DNA of 64,000 nucleotides from an uncultured delta proteobacterium (lineage in GTDB: Bacteria; Desulfobacterota; Binatia; HRBIN30; BPIQ01), in contig CAVXGR010000016.1 in the NCBI GenBank assembly GCA_963761335.1, positions 96,001-160,000 of the forward strand, given 5' to 3'. Each line of letters opens with the position of its first letter. The first letter of the stretch is position 1. The notes under the pieces were generated by a model. The model saw only the letters and a program-made list of their open reading frames with translations. It was not told the origin of the DNA and searched no databases. The position numbers and the translations under genes are program-made. Of this stretch, positions 48,506 to 64,000 are shown one piece after another.

Positions 48506-49375
48506 ATGATATCGGCCGGCAATTGCAAGCCGGGGCGGCTGTACGTGGTGGCCACGCCGCTCGGCAACCTCGAGGACATCAGCGCGCGGGCCCTGCACCT
48601 GCTGGGCGAGGTCGACGTGATCGCCGCCGAGGATACACGCCACAGTCGCAAGCTCCTCGCCCACTACGGCATCCGCACGGCGATGACCAGCTACTACGAC
48701 GAGGTCGAGGCCGCCAAGGCGCCGTCGCTGGTGCGCGAGCTGCTCGCCGGCCGCGACGTGGCGCTCATCTCCGACGCCGGCACCCCGGGGATCGCCGATC
48801 CGGGCTATCGCCTGGTGCGCGCCGCCGCCGAGGCGGGCATCGAGGTCGTGGCGGTGCCCGGCCCCTGCGCCGCGATCGCGGCGCTCAGCGTCAGCGGGCT
48901 GCCGACCGATCGCTTCGCCTTCGAAGGCTTCCTGCCGGGGAAGGCGTCGCGCCGCCGCGCCCGTCTCGAGGAGCTGCGCCGGGAAGCTCGTACCCTGGTT
49001 TTCTACGAGGCGCCGCACCGGGTGCGCCGAGCGCTGCAGGACATGCACGACATCCTCGGGCCGCGCCAGGTCGCGGTGCTGCGGGAGGCGACCAAGGTGT
49101 TCGAGAGCGTCACCCGCGGGCGGCTCGGCAGCCTGTCGGCCGAAATTCCCGAGCGCGGCGAGGTGACCATCGTCGTCGCCGGTGCCCCCGCCGAGGAGGA
49201 CATATCGGCGCCAGCCGATCTCGACGCCGAGATCGACACACTGCTCGGCCAGGGGGTGCGCACCCGCGAGGTCGCCGAGCGCCTCGCCGGCGCGCACCAT
49301 CTGCCGCGGCGCGAGGTGTATCGCCGCGTCCTCGCCCGCAGCGGCCGCCGCCCAGCCGGGGGCGAGGATATATGA
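48506..49375 (+). CDS. rsmI: 16S rRNA (cytidine(1402)-2'-O)-methyltransferase
   Basis: LYVVATPLGNLEDIS.RA, AEDTR, SDAGTPGIADPG, FYEAPHR, RE.TK.FE. Confidence 0.96.
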   Translation: MISAGNCKPGRLYVVATPLGNLEDISARALHLLGEVDVIAAEDTRHSRKLLAHYGIRTAMTSYYDEVEAAKAPSLVRELLAGRDVALISDAGTPGIADPGYRLVRAAAEAGIEVVAVPGPCAAIAALSVSGLPTDRFAFEGFLPGKASRRRARLEELRREARTLVFYEAPHRVRRALQDMHDILGPRQVAVLREATKVFESVTRGRLGSLSAEIPERGEVTIVVAGAPAEEDISAPADLDAEIDTLLGQGVRTREVAERLAGAHHLPRREVYRRVLARSGRRPAGGEDI

Positions 49376-49455
49376 GATTGTGCGGCCCCCCGCCCGTCAT
49401 TTCCCGCTTTCTAACGACGGGCAAGGGCACGGGCGCGGGCAGGGGAGACGCCGAA

Positions 49456-49737
49456 TCAGAAACGGATGTCGAAATCGTCGAAGCTTCCCTGGGCCTCGCT
49501 CCAACTGGCCTGGACATCGGTGACCTCGGCGCCCCGGGGACCGGCGCGGCACCAGTCGACGAGCTGTTGCAGCCGTTGGCGATCCCCCTCGGCCAGCACC
49601 TCGACCTCTCCGTCCGGAGTGTTGCGCACCCAGCCGGCGAGCCCCAGGCGACGCGCCTGAGCGCGGGTGCTGTAGCGGAAACCGACTCCCTGGACGCGCC
49701 CGGAGATACGCGCCTGCACACGCGCCAGATCCGCCAT
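49456..49737 (-). CDS. acyP: Acylphosphatase
   Basis: [23 protein letters not shown]. Confidence 0.95.
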   Translation of the reverse strand: MADLARVQARISGRVQGVGFRYSTRAQARRLGLAGWVRNTPDGEVEVLAEGDRQRLQQLVDWCRAGPRGAEVTDVQASWSEAQGSFDDFDIRF

Positions 49738-49741
49738 GGCG

Positions 49742-55191
<5,450 letters not shown>

Positions 55192-55225
55192 GCGGGGCAG
55201 CCTCCCTGGTGCGCGGGCCTGAGTC

Positions 55226-56125
55226 ATGAACGGCGGCCGCGGGCCCATCCGCATCCGCTTCTGGGGGGTGCGGGGGAGTCACCCGGTCTGCGGTCCGTCG
55301 ACCAGTGAGGTGGGAGGCAACACCTCCTGCGTCGAGGTCGAGGTCGCCGGCCGCACCGTCATCTTCGACGCCGGCACCGGTATCATTCCGCTCGGCAGGG
55401 ACCTGCTGAGCCGCAGCCAATCGCGGCTGGCGCACATCTTTCTCAGCCACGTGCATCACGATCACATCGGCGGGTTCTATTTCTTCGAACCCTCCTACTC
55501 GGAGGAGTGGCGCTGCTTCGTCTACGGCTACGGCACCGGCCGTGACGGTCTGACGCGGGTGCTGAACTCGGCGATGCGGCCGCCGTACTTCCCGATCACC
55601 ATGCGCGAGCTGCCGGCGCAGCTGAGTATTCGCACTCTCGGTACCAGTGCCCAGGTGGTGCTCACCGAGCCGAAGCCGGCCGTGCTCCGCCCGCGGGCGG
55701 CGGTGCCCGCCGACGCACCCGTGGTCGCGGCACGGCACATCCGCGCCCATCCGAAGCCAGGGGTGACCCTGTACCGGGTCAGTCTCGAGGGCCGAACCGT
55801 GGTCTATGCCAGCGACGTGGAGGCGGCGAAGGGCGCCCATGCCGAGATCGCCAGCTTCGCCAGGGGAGCGGACGTCCTCATCCACGACGCTCACTGGGTC
55901 GAGGAGGAGTACTCGGCGCGCCAGTACGGCAAGGTCGGCTGGGGGCACAGCACGGTACAGATGGCGGCCTCGGTCGCCAAGGCTGCCGCCGTCGGCGAGC
56001 TGATCCTTTTCCATCACGCCCCCACCCGCTCCGACGCCGAGGTGGCGCGGATGGAGCGCGAAGCCCGCTCCATCTTTCCCCTGACGCGGGCGGCGCGCGA
56101 GGGCATGGAGCTCCAGCTGCGCTGA
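55226..56125 (+). CDS. Metallo-beta-lactamase-fold hydrolase (PhnP/RNase Z-like)
   Basis: FWGVRGS, GGNTSCV, DAGTG, SHVHHDHIGG, GWGHS, FHHAP. Confidence 0.9.
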   Translation: MNGGRGPIRIRFWGVRGSHPVCGPSTSEVGGNTSCVEVEVAGRTVIFDAGTGIIPLGRDLLSRSQSRLAHIFLSHVHHDHIGGFYFFEPSYSEEWRCFVYGYGTGRDGLTRVLNSAMRPPYFPITMRELPAQLSIRTLGTSAQVVLTEPKPAVLRPRAAVPADAPVVAARHIRAHPKPGVTLYRVSLEGRTVVYASDVEAAKGAHAEIASFARGADVLIHDAHWVEEEYSARQYGKVGWGHSTVQMAASVAKAAAVGELILFHHAPTRSDAEVARMEREARSIFPLTRAAREGMELQLR

Positions 56126-56146
56126 GCCCTGCGGGCGCTCACCGCT

Positions 56147-56172
56147 GATGCCGGGGGGTATCTTTTCTCTTT
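56147..56172 (+). terminator. Possible intrinsic terminator
   Basis: gatgcc-gggg-ggtatc hairpin followed by ttttctcttt. Confidence 0.4.
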
Positions 56173-56381
56173 CGCCGCGGCTCTTCTTCTGCCAGAATAG
56201 CGGGCGCAAATTCTTCGAATAAAGCCAGGGAGAGACTGTCTATACCCCAGAAGCTTCGTTATCCGGGCGGCGACGCGGAGTTTTCACGCGGCCGCAACCG
56301 CCGGGTCACTGTCAGCGCATACCGTTCGTTGTACGCGTGGAAGCAGCGCCGGGTGTGAGTCTCGTGGAGGTAGAGAGCATC

Positions 56382-56795
56382 ATGACGAATACGACCGTCC
56401 TGGTCGTCGACGACAACGTCAACGACCGGATCATCGCCGAGACGCTGCTGCAGGCCAGAGGTTTCCGCGTGCTCACGGCCGAGGACGGGGCTGAAGCGCG
56501 GGACATCGTCGACCGCGAAGCGGTGGCCGTGGTGGTCACCGAGCTGGCGCTTCCCGGAATCAACGGTTGGCAGCTGGTGCGCTGGCTCCGCGGGCGCTTC
56601 GAGCCCTTCCCGCTGCAGCAACAGCCGCGCATCGTCGTCGTCTCGGGCCAGCTCGAGGCGGGCACCGAGCGCTTCATGCACCGCCTGGGCGTCGATGCCG
56701 TTCTGCAGAAGCCCGTTCCGGCAGGTGCGTTTCTGGAGACCGTCGATCGCTTGGCGGCGCAGGGCCAGAGGCCGCACGCCGTGGGAGAGATCTGA
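56382..56795 (+). CDS. Single-domain response regulator (atypical receiver)
   Basis: VLVVDD, VVVTELALPGING (Glu at the phosphoacceptor position), VVSG, LQKP. Confidence 0.85.
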   Translation: MTNTTVLVVDDNVNDRIIAETLLQARGFRVLTAEDGAEARDIVDREAVAVVVTELALPGINGWQLVRWLRGRFEPFPLQQQPRIVVVSGQLEAGTERFMHRLGVDAVLQKPVPAGAFLETVDRLAAQGQRPHAVGEI

Positions 56796-56801
56796 CCTCG
56801 G

Positions 56802-59141
56802 TCAGGGCGTATTGAGCACCTGCCAGATGACGTAGGCGATCTCGCCGGCGGTGATCATTCCATCGCCGTTGCGGTCGGCGCTGAAGCACTGCTTGTCGTG
56901 GCTGGGCAGGGCCGCGCAGCCGGAGGCGCGGCTGTCGCAGGTGAAGATGATGGCGATGATCTTGGCGAGCTCTCCGGCGCTGACGAAGCCGTCGCCGTTG
57001 CAGTCGCCGGCGACAATGCCCGGCGGCGGGGTCCCGTCGAGCGATACGGCGCGCACGTTGCCGGCGTCGCTGTCGCTGACGTAGAGAACCCCGGCCGAGG
57101 GGTCGAAGGCGAGGCTGCTGACCCGCTTCAGCTGCGCCTGCGCGGCGGGGCCGCCGTCTCCGCTCACTCCCGGCGTTCCCGTACCTGCCAGCGTTTCGAT
57201 CGTGCCGGCGGCGCTGATCCGGCGGACACGCGGCATGAACTCCTCGCCCACGAAAATGTCGCCGGTGGGGCTGAGGGCCAGGCTCTGTGGTCCGTTCAGG
57301 TTGGCGTCGCGCGCCGGACCCCCGTCCCCGGTAAAGGTGCATTTGCCGGCTCCAGCGACCGTCTCGATGGTACCGGTCGAGGCGTCGACGCGCCGAATGC
57401 GGCAGTTGTTGCGGTCGGCGATGTAGATGTCGCCATTGCCGTCCAGCGCGACGCCGGTCGGGTTGTTGAGGCGGGCGGAGGTTGCCGGGCCGCCGTCGCC
57501 GTCGAAGCCAGACAGGCCGGACCCGGCGATCGTGGTGATGATGCCGTCGGGAGCCAGCCTGCGGACCCGCTGATTGGAGGAGTCGGCGATCAGCAGGCTG
57601 CCGTCCGCCGCCAGCGCCAGACCCGCCGGAAACGATAGGCTCGCTCCACTTGCCGGCCCGCCGTCTCCGGAGAAGCCGGCGGTGCCGTTGCCGGCAATCG
57701 TGGTGATCACGCCCGTCTGCCCGTCGATACGCCGCACGCGCTGGTTCAGCTGGTCGGAGACGTAGACATTCTGTTGGGCGTCGACGGCGACGCCCATGGG
57801 CAGCGCCATCTGGGCGTCGACGGCGGCCCCGCCGTCTCCTCCGGACCCGTACTCGCCGGAGCCGGCCACTGGTCCGATCAGTCCGGAGGCGGCGCCCACG
57901 CGGCGCACGCGGTTGTTGGTCGAGTCGGCGATGTACAGGTCGCCGTGGGGCCCGAGGGCGATTCCCTTGGGGTTGATCTTGGCGGTCTTGGCCGGAAAGC
58001 CGTCGCCGTTGTCGCTGCCGACCACCGTGGTGATCTGTCCGTTCGGAGCGATTCGGCGGACGCGACCGCCTGCAGACTCCGCGATCAGGACCGCACCGGA
58101 GGTCTCGAAGGCAATGCCCGCCGGGCCGTCGAGCCGCGCCTCGGTTGCGGGGCCGCCGTCGCCGGAATACCCGGGGACCGCTCCGCCGCTGGCAGTGGTG
58201 ATGATTCCGGTAAGCAAATCCACCCGCCGCAGGCGAGGCTGAATGGTCTCGGCGATGTAGAGCGAGTTGCGGTCGATGCCGATGTACCACGGCCCGTTGA
58301 GGTCTGCCGCGATTGCGGGACCGCCGTCGCCGGAAAAGCGGCAGACGCCGGTGCCGGCCACCGTGGAGATCTTTCCGGAGACGTCGACCCGGCGCACCCG
58401 GCAGTGGCCGCGATCCACGACGTAGAAGCCGCCTCCGTCCACTTCGGCGACGACGTCGGTGGGATTGGAGAGGCTGGCGTTCGTGGCCGCCTGCCCGTCG
58501 CCGTTGTAGGAGAGGCCGCTGTCGCCGGCGACCGTCGTGATCACCCCCAGGGGGCTGACCCGGCGGACGCGGTGATTGCTGCTGTCGGCGATCAGCAGGC
58601 TACCGTCGGCGGTGATCGCGAGGCCAGCGGGGTAGAAGAGCGAAGCGTTGATGGCCAGACCCCCGTCGCCCGAGAACGACGATCTGCCGTTCCCCGCATA
58701 GGTGGTGATCAAGCCGGTCCATGCATCGATACGACGCACGCGGTGATTCAATTGGTCCGAGAAGAAGATGTTGCCGCCGCCGTCGGCCACCACGGCGGTG
58801 GGGTAGGCGAGGCGCGCCTGCTCCGCGGAGCCCCCGTCTCCGGTGAAGCCGAAAAGGCCGATCCCGGCGACGGTCTGTATCCTGCCGGTGTGGGCGTCGA
58901 CGCGTCGAATACGGTTGTCGAAGGTGTCGGCGATGAGGAGATTCCCCGCAGGGTCGAGGGCAATCCCCTTGGGGCTCACGCGGGCAATCGCCGCCGGATA
59001 GCCGTCGCCGTTGTTGAGCCCGATCGGGGTGTCGATCGTGGCAGCCGGCCAAGCGGCCGCGGGCCAGGTGAACAGCACGAGCGCCAGCACCAGAGCGCCC
59101 CATGCCCTCCTGCCGTAGGTCGAGCAAAGATCGCCTATCAA
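56802..59141 (-). CDS. Secreted NHL-repeat protein with C-terminal dockerin-like module; start uncertain (ORF open to 59354)
   Basis: Signal-like RRAWGALVLALVLFTWPAAA, about 12 NHL repeats (G..GF.GDGG.A..A.L..P.G.A.D..G...IAD..N.RVR), tail GDCNGDGFVSAGEL...C...ADRNGDGMITAGEI. Confidence 0.85.
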   Translation of the reverse strand: MIGDLCSTYGRRAWGALVLALVLFTWPAAAWPAATIDTPIGLNNGDGYPAAIARVSPKGIALDPAGNLLIADTFDNRIRRVDAHTGRIQTVAGIGLFGFTGDGGSAEQARLAYPTAVVADGGGNIFFSDQLNHRVRRIDAWTGLITTYAGNGRSSFSGDGGLAINASLFYPAGLAITADGSLLIADSSNHRVRRVSPLGVITTVAGDSGLSYNGDGQAATNASLSNPTDVVAEVDGGGFYVVDRGHCRVRRVDVSGKISTVAGTGVCRFSGDGGPAIAADLNGPWYIGIDRNSLYIAETIQPRLRRVDLLTGIITTASGGAVPGYSGDGGPATEARLDGPAGIAFETSGAVLIAESAGGRVRRIAPNGQITTVVGSDNGDGFPAKTAKINPKGIALGPHGDLYIADSTNNRVRRVGAASGLIGPVAGSGEYGSGGDGGAAVDAQMALPMGVAVDAQQNVYVSDQLNQRVRRIDGQTGVITTIAGNGTAGFSGDGGPASGASLSFPAGLALAADGSLLIADSSNQRVRRLAPDGIITTIAGSGLSGFDGDGGPATSARLNNPTGVALDGNGDIYIADRNNCRIRRVDASTGTIETVAGAGKCTFTGDGGPARDANLNGPQSLALSPTGDIFVGEEFMPRVRRISAAGTIETLAGTGTPGVSGDGGPAAQAQLKRVSSLAFDPSAGVLYVSDSDAGNVRAVSLDGTPPPGIVAGDCNGDGFVSAGELAKIIAIIFTCDSRASGCAALPSHDKQCFSADRNGDGMITAGEIAYVIWQVLNTP

Positions 59142-59543
59142 GGAGATTCTCTTCAGCGGCGGCGGTTCTGGTTGCTTCTCGGAATCCCGTCGCGGCAAGC
59201 CGCGGCTGCCCCCATTCCGAGTGGCCGCAATCGTCCAAAAGCATAGCGTGCGCCGGCGGCGCTTGTCGAACGGTTTCCGAGTCACAAAAATTCCTCTACC
59301 CCGTAGCCCCCGGGCATAAAGATTTCCCATGAGGCGGAGCGTGTGACGTGCCAAGGGGACTGACGCGAGGTATAGAGGCTTCTCCGGGGCGAGGCCCTCG
59401 AGCGGAGCCCCTGATCTCGCAAAACCGCAATAGTGGCACGGGCTTGCCGCCGAGTCGGGGAAGGGCCGCGCGGCTGCAAGACGGAAGGACGGGCGAGGGC
59501 AGGGGCACGGGGGCCTGGGCTGTTGCCTGCGGGCGGGCGGAGC

Positions 59544-61202
59544 TCAGCCGGGGCGATACTCTCCCCAGACGGCCCGCATGGCGTCGGCGATCTCGCCCAG
59601 GGTGGCGTAGGCCCGCACCGCGTCGACGATCCGCGGCATGAGGTTGCCGTCGCCGCGAGCGGTCTCTGTGATCTTCTCGAGGGCAGTGCGCGCCGCCTGC
59701 TGGTCGCGCTCGGCGCGGACCTTGGCCACGCGGCGCCTCTGCTGGCGCTCCAGCGCGGGGTCGATGCGCAGGATGTCCGGGGGCGGCTCGTTCTCGAGCA
59801 CGAGCTCGTTGACGCCGACGATGATGCGCTCGTGGTGGTCGATCTCCTGCTGGTAGCGGAAGGCCGACTCGTGGATCTCGCGCTGCGGATAGCCCTGCTC
59901 GATGGCGGCGACGGCTCCCCCCATCCGATCGATGGTCTCGAGGTAGTCCATGGAACGGCGCTCGAGCTCGTCGGTGAGGGACTCGACGAAGTAGGAGCCC
60001 GCCAAGGGATCGATGGTCTCGGCGGCTCCGGACTCGTAGGCGATGACCTGCTGGGTGCGCAGGGCGACGCGCACCGAGTCCTCGCTGGGCAGCGCCAGGG
60101 CCTCGTCTTTCGAGTTGGTGTGCAGTGACTGGGTGCCGCCGAGAACGGCGGCGAGCGCCTGCAGGGTGACGCGCACGACGTTGTTGTCGGGCTGCTGCGC
60201 CGTCAGCGACGAGCCCGCCGTCTGCGCATGTGTGCGCAGCATCATCGAGCGCGGGTCGCGAGCCCCGAAGCGCTCCTTCATGATCCGCGCCCACAGGCGA
60301 CGGGCGGCGCGGAACTTGGCCACCTCCTCGAAGAAGTTGTTGTGGACATTGAAGAAGAAGGACAGCCGCGCCGCGAACTTGTCGACGTCCAGGCCGGCGC
60401 GCACGGCGGCGTCGACATAGGCGATGCCGTTGGCCAGCGTGAAGGCGATCTCCTGGACTGCCGTCGAGCCGGCTTCGCGGATGTGATAGCCGGAGATGGA
60501 TATGGTGTTCCAGTTCGGCACTTCCCGGGTGCAGAACGCGAAGATGTCGGTGATGATGCGCATCGATCCCGCGGGAGGATAGATGTAGGTGCCGCGGGCG
60601 ATGTACTCCTTCAGGAGGTCGTTCTGCACGGTGCCGCTGACCTTCGTCCACGGCACGCCCTGCTTGTCGGCGACTCCGAGATAGAGGGCCAGGAGGATGG
60701 CGGCGGTGGCGTTGATGGTCATCGAGGTGGAGACCCGGTCGAGGGGAATCCCGTCGAACATGGTCTCCATGTCAGCGAGCGAGTCGATGGCGACGCCGAC
60801 GCGGCCGACCTCACCCTGCGAGCGCGGGTTGTCGGAGTCCAGCCCCATCTGCGTCGGCAGGTCGAAGGCGACACTCAGGCCGGTCGTGCCCTGCTCGAGG
60901 AGGTAGCGATAACGGCGGTTCGATTCCTCGGCGGTGCCGAAGCCGGCGTATTGCCGCATGGTCCACAGCCGGCCGCGGTACATGGTCGGCTGAACGCCGC
61001 GGGTGAAGGGGTAATCGCCGGGAAAGCCGCTCTGCGCCGCGTAGTCGTGGGCGCCGGTGTCCTCCGGGGTGTAGAGCCGCTTGACCTCGATCCCCGAGGT
61101 GGTCGCGAAGCTCGGCTGGCGCTCCGGGGCACGGGACAGGGACTTCTTCAGCGTCCCGTTCTCCCACGCCTCGTGCGCCTTCTTCACGTCGTCGTTGCTC
61201 AT
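59544..61202 (-). CDS. Methylmalonyl-CoA mutase, substrate-binding (large) subunit of a split enzyme
   Basis: [56 protein letters not shown]; no DxHxxG B12 domain. Confidence 0.93.
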   Translation of the reverse strand: MSNDDVKKAHEAWENGTLKKSLSRAPERQPSFATTSGIEVKRLYTPEDTGAHDYAAQSGFPGDYPFTRGVQPTMYRGRLWTMRQYAGFGTAEESNRRYRYLLEQGTTGLSVAFDLPTQMGLDSDNPRSQGEVGRVGVAIDSLADMETMFDGIPLDRVSTSMTINATAAILLALYLGVADKQGVPWTKVSGTVQNDLLKEYIARGTYIYPPAGSMRIITDIFAFCTREVPNWNTISISGYHIREAGSTAVQEIAFTLANGIAYVDAAVRAGLDVDKFAARLSFFFNVHNNFFEEVAKFRAARRLWARIMKERFGARDPRSMMLRTHAQTAGSSLTAQQPDNNVVRVTLQALAAVLGGTQSLHTNSKDEALALPSEDSVRVALRTQQVIAYESGAAETIDPLAGSYFVESLTDELERRSMDYLETIDRMGGAVAAIEQGYPQREIHESAFRYQQEIDHHERIIVGVNELVLENEPPPDILRIDPALERQQRRRVAKVRAERDQQAARTALEKITETARGDGNLMPRIVDAVRAYATLGEIADAMRAVWGEYRPG

Positions 61203-61233
61203 GCGCTCTCGATCGCCGGCGCCTGGCCCCGTC

Positions 61234-61737
61234 TCACTCGATGACGACCAGCAGCTGGCGCGATTCGATGACGTCGCCTGGGGCCACGGTGATCTCCTTC
61301 ACCTCTCCCGCGGACGGCGCCTTGATCTCGTTCTCCATCTTCATGGCCTCGACCACCAGCAGCGCCTGGCCGCGGTCCACGGCGTCGCCGGCGGAGACGA
61401 ACACGTCGACGACCTTGCCCGGCATCTGGGCGCGGATCTCGCGCCGTCCATGCTCTTCCTCGGGAGCTCCGAGGACGATGGGCTTGTGGCGGCGCTCGTC
61501 GGCGAGCCGGAAGCGATAGACATCGCCGTCGATGGTGACCTCGTACTCGTCTCCCTCGGCGACCACCTCGGCGACGTAGGAGCGGTGGGCGATCAGCACC
61601 GAGTAGCTGGAGGAGTCGATCTGGCGGCAGTCCACCTCGTGGGAGGTTCCGTCGATGTCGACGCGGTAGGTGGCCTCTCCCGTGTCGTGGACGTCGATTC
61701 GGGCAACGCGCTGCCCCAGGTCGGCCAGATACGCCAT
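61234..61737 (-). CDS. Biotin carboxyl carrier protein subunit
   Basis: [13 protein letters not shown] biotinylation motif. Confidence 0.93.
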   Translation of the reverse strand: MAYLADLGQRVARIDVHDTGEATYRVDIDGTSHEVDCRQIDSSSYSVLIAHRSYVAEVVAEGDEYEVTIDGDVYRFRLADERRHKPIVLGAPEEEHGRREIRAQMPGKVVDVFVSAGDAVDRGQALLVVEAMKMENEIKAPSAGEVKEITVAPGDVIESRQLLVVIE

Positions 61738-61738
61738 A

Positions 61739-63250
<1,512 letters not shown>

Positions 63251-63300
63251 TGAATTCGTGTTTCTTATCGAAGGATCTGCCGCGGCGCAACGCGACAGCG

Positions 63301-63397
63301 CAGGTTGTTAGGTTGTTTGGTTGTCAGGTTGTTCAGAAGCAGAAACCCGACAATTGTTAAACCCTAACAACCTGACAACCAACAACCTAACAACCTG
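63301..63397. repeat. Inverted repeat of GGTTGTT-type units
   Basis: 63301-63333 is the reverse complement of 63366-63397 except for one extra T; same unit as 1847-1922. Confidence 0.88.
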
Positions 63398-63401
63398 TTC
63401 T

Positions 63402-64000
<599 letters not shown>

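Noticed and set aside
47618..49300. Long overlapping extensions of rsmI and rnhA
   Set aside because: Each is the antisense of the other gene; the true starts (48457 and 48506) are divergent and 48 nt apart

Overview
High-GC bacterial chromosomal window. Gene content (Thr/Pro-rich lipoproteins, a Cys-containing GDCNGDG dockerin-like tail, a pan RNA motif) suggests a Deltaproteobacteria-like lineage such as Candidatus Binatia; this is inference only. Housekeeping blocks: partial otsB-like HAD phosphatase, Ycf46-like AAA ATPase, deoxynucleoside kinase-panB-panC-panD with a pan-motif hairpin, a three-gene aromatic-catabolism operon, egtD divergent from a betaine-class ABC importer, TonB plus a cobalamin-riboswitch btuB/lipoprotein/btuFCD operon, an 11-subunit complex I operon (nuoABCDHIJKLMN, no nuoEFG), rnhA, rsmI, acyP, ligA, and an acyl-CoA carboxylase/methylmalonyl-CoA mutase cluster running off the right end. 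An accessory region (about 33.7-47.4 kb) holds the most unusual material. It contains a stand-alone Cache lipoprotein, a multidomain S8 protease, GTAG-type REP arrays, a 419-bp non-autonomous IS-like element with terminal inverted repeats and an 8-bp target duplication, a candidate RiPP locus (60-aa peptide + HExxH enzyme, with a divergent adenylate-forming ligase and no radical SAM gene), and a 5'-truncated teneurin/RHS-like gene whose C-terminal tip looks FecR-like rather than like a nuclease. No tRNA, rRNA or CRISPR array was recognised. All calls come from reading motifs; no database searches were run.
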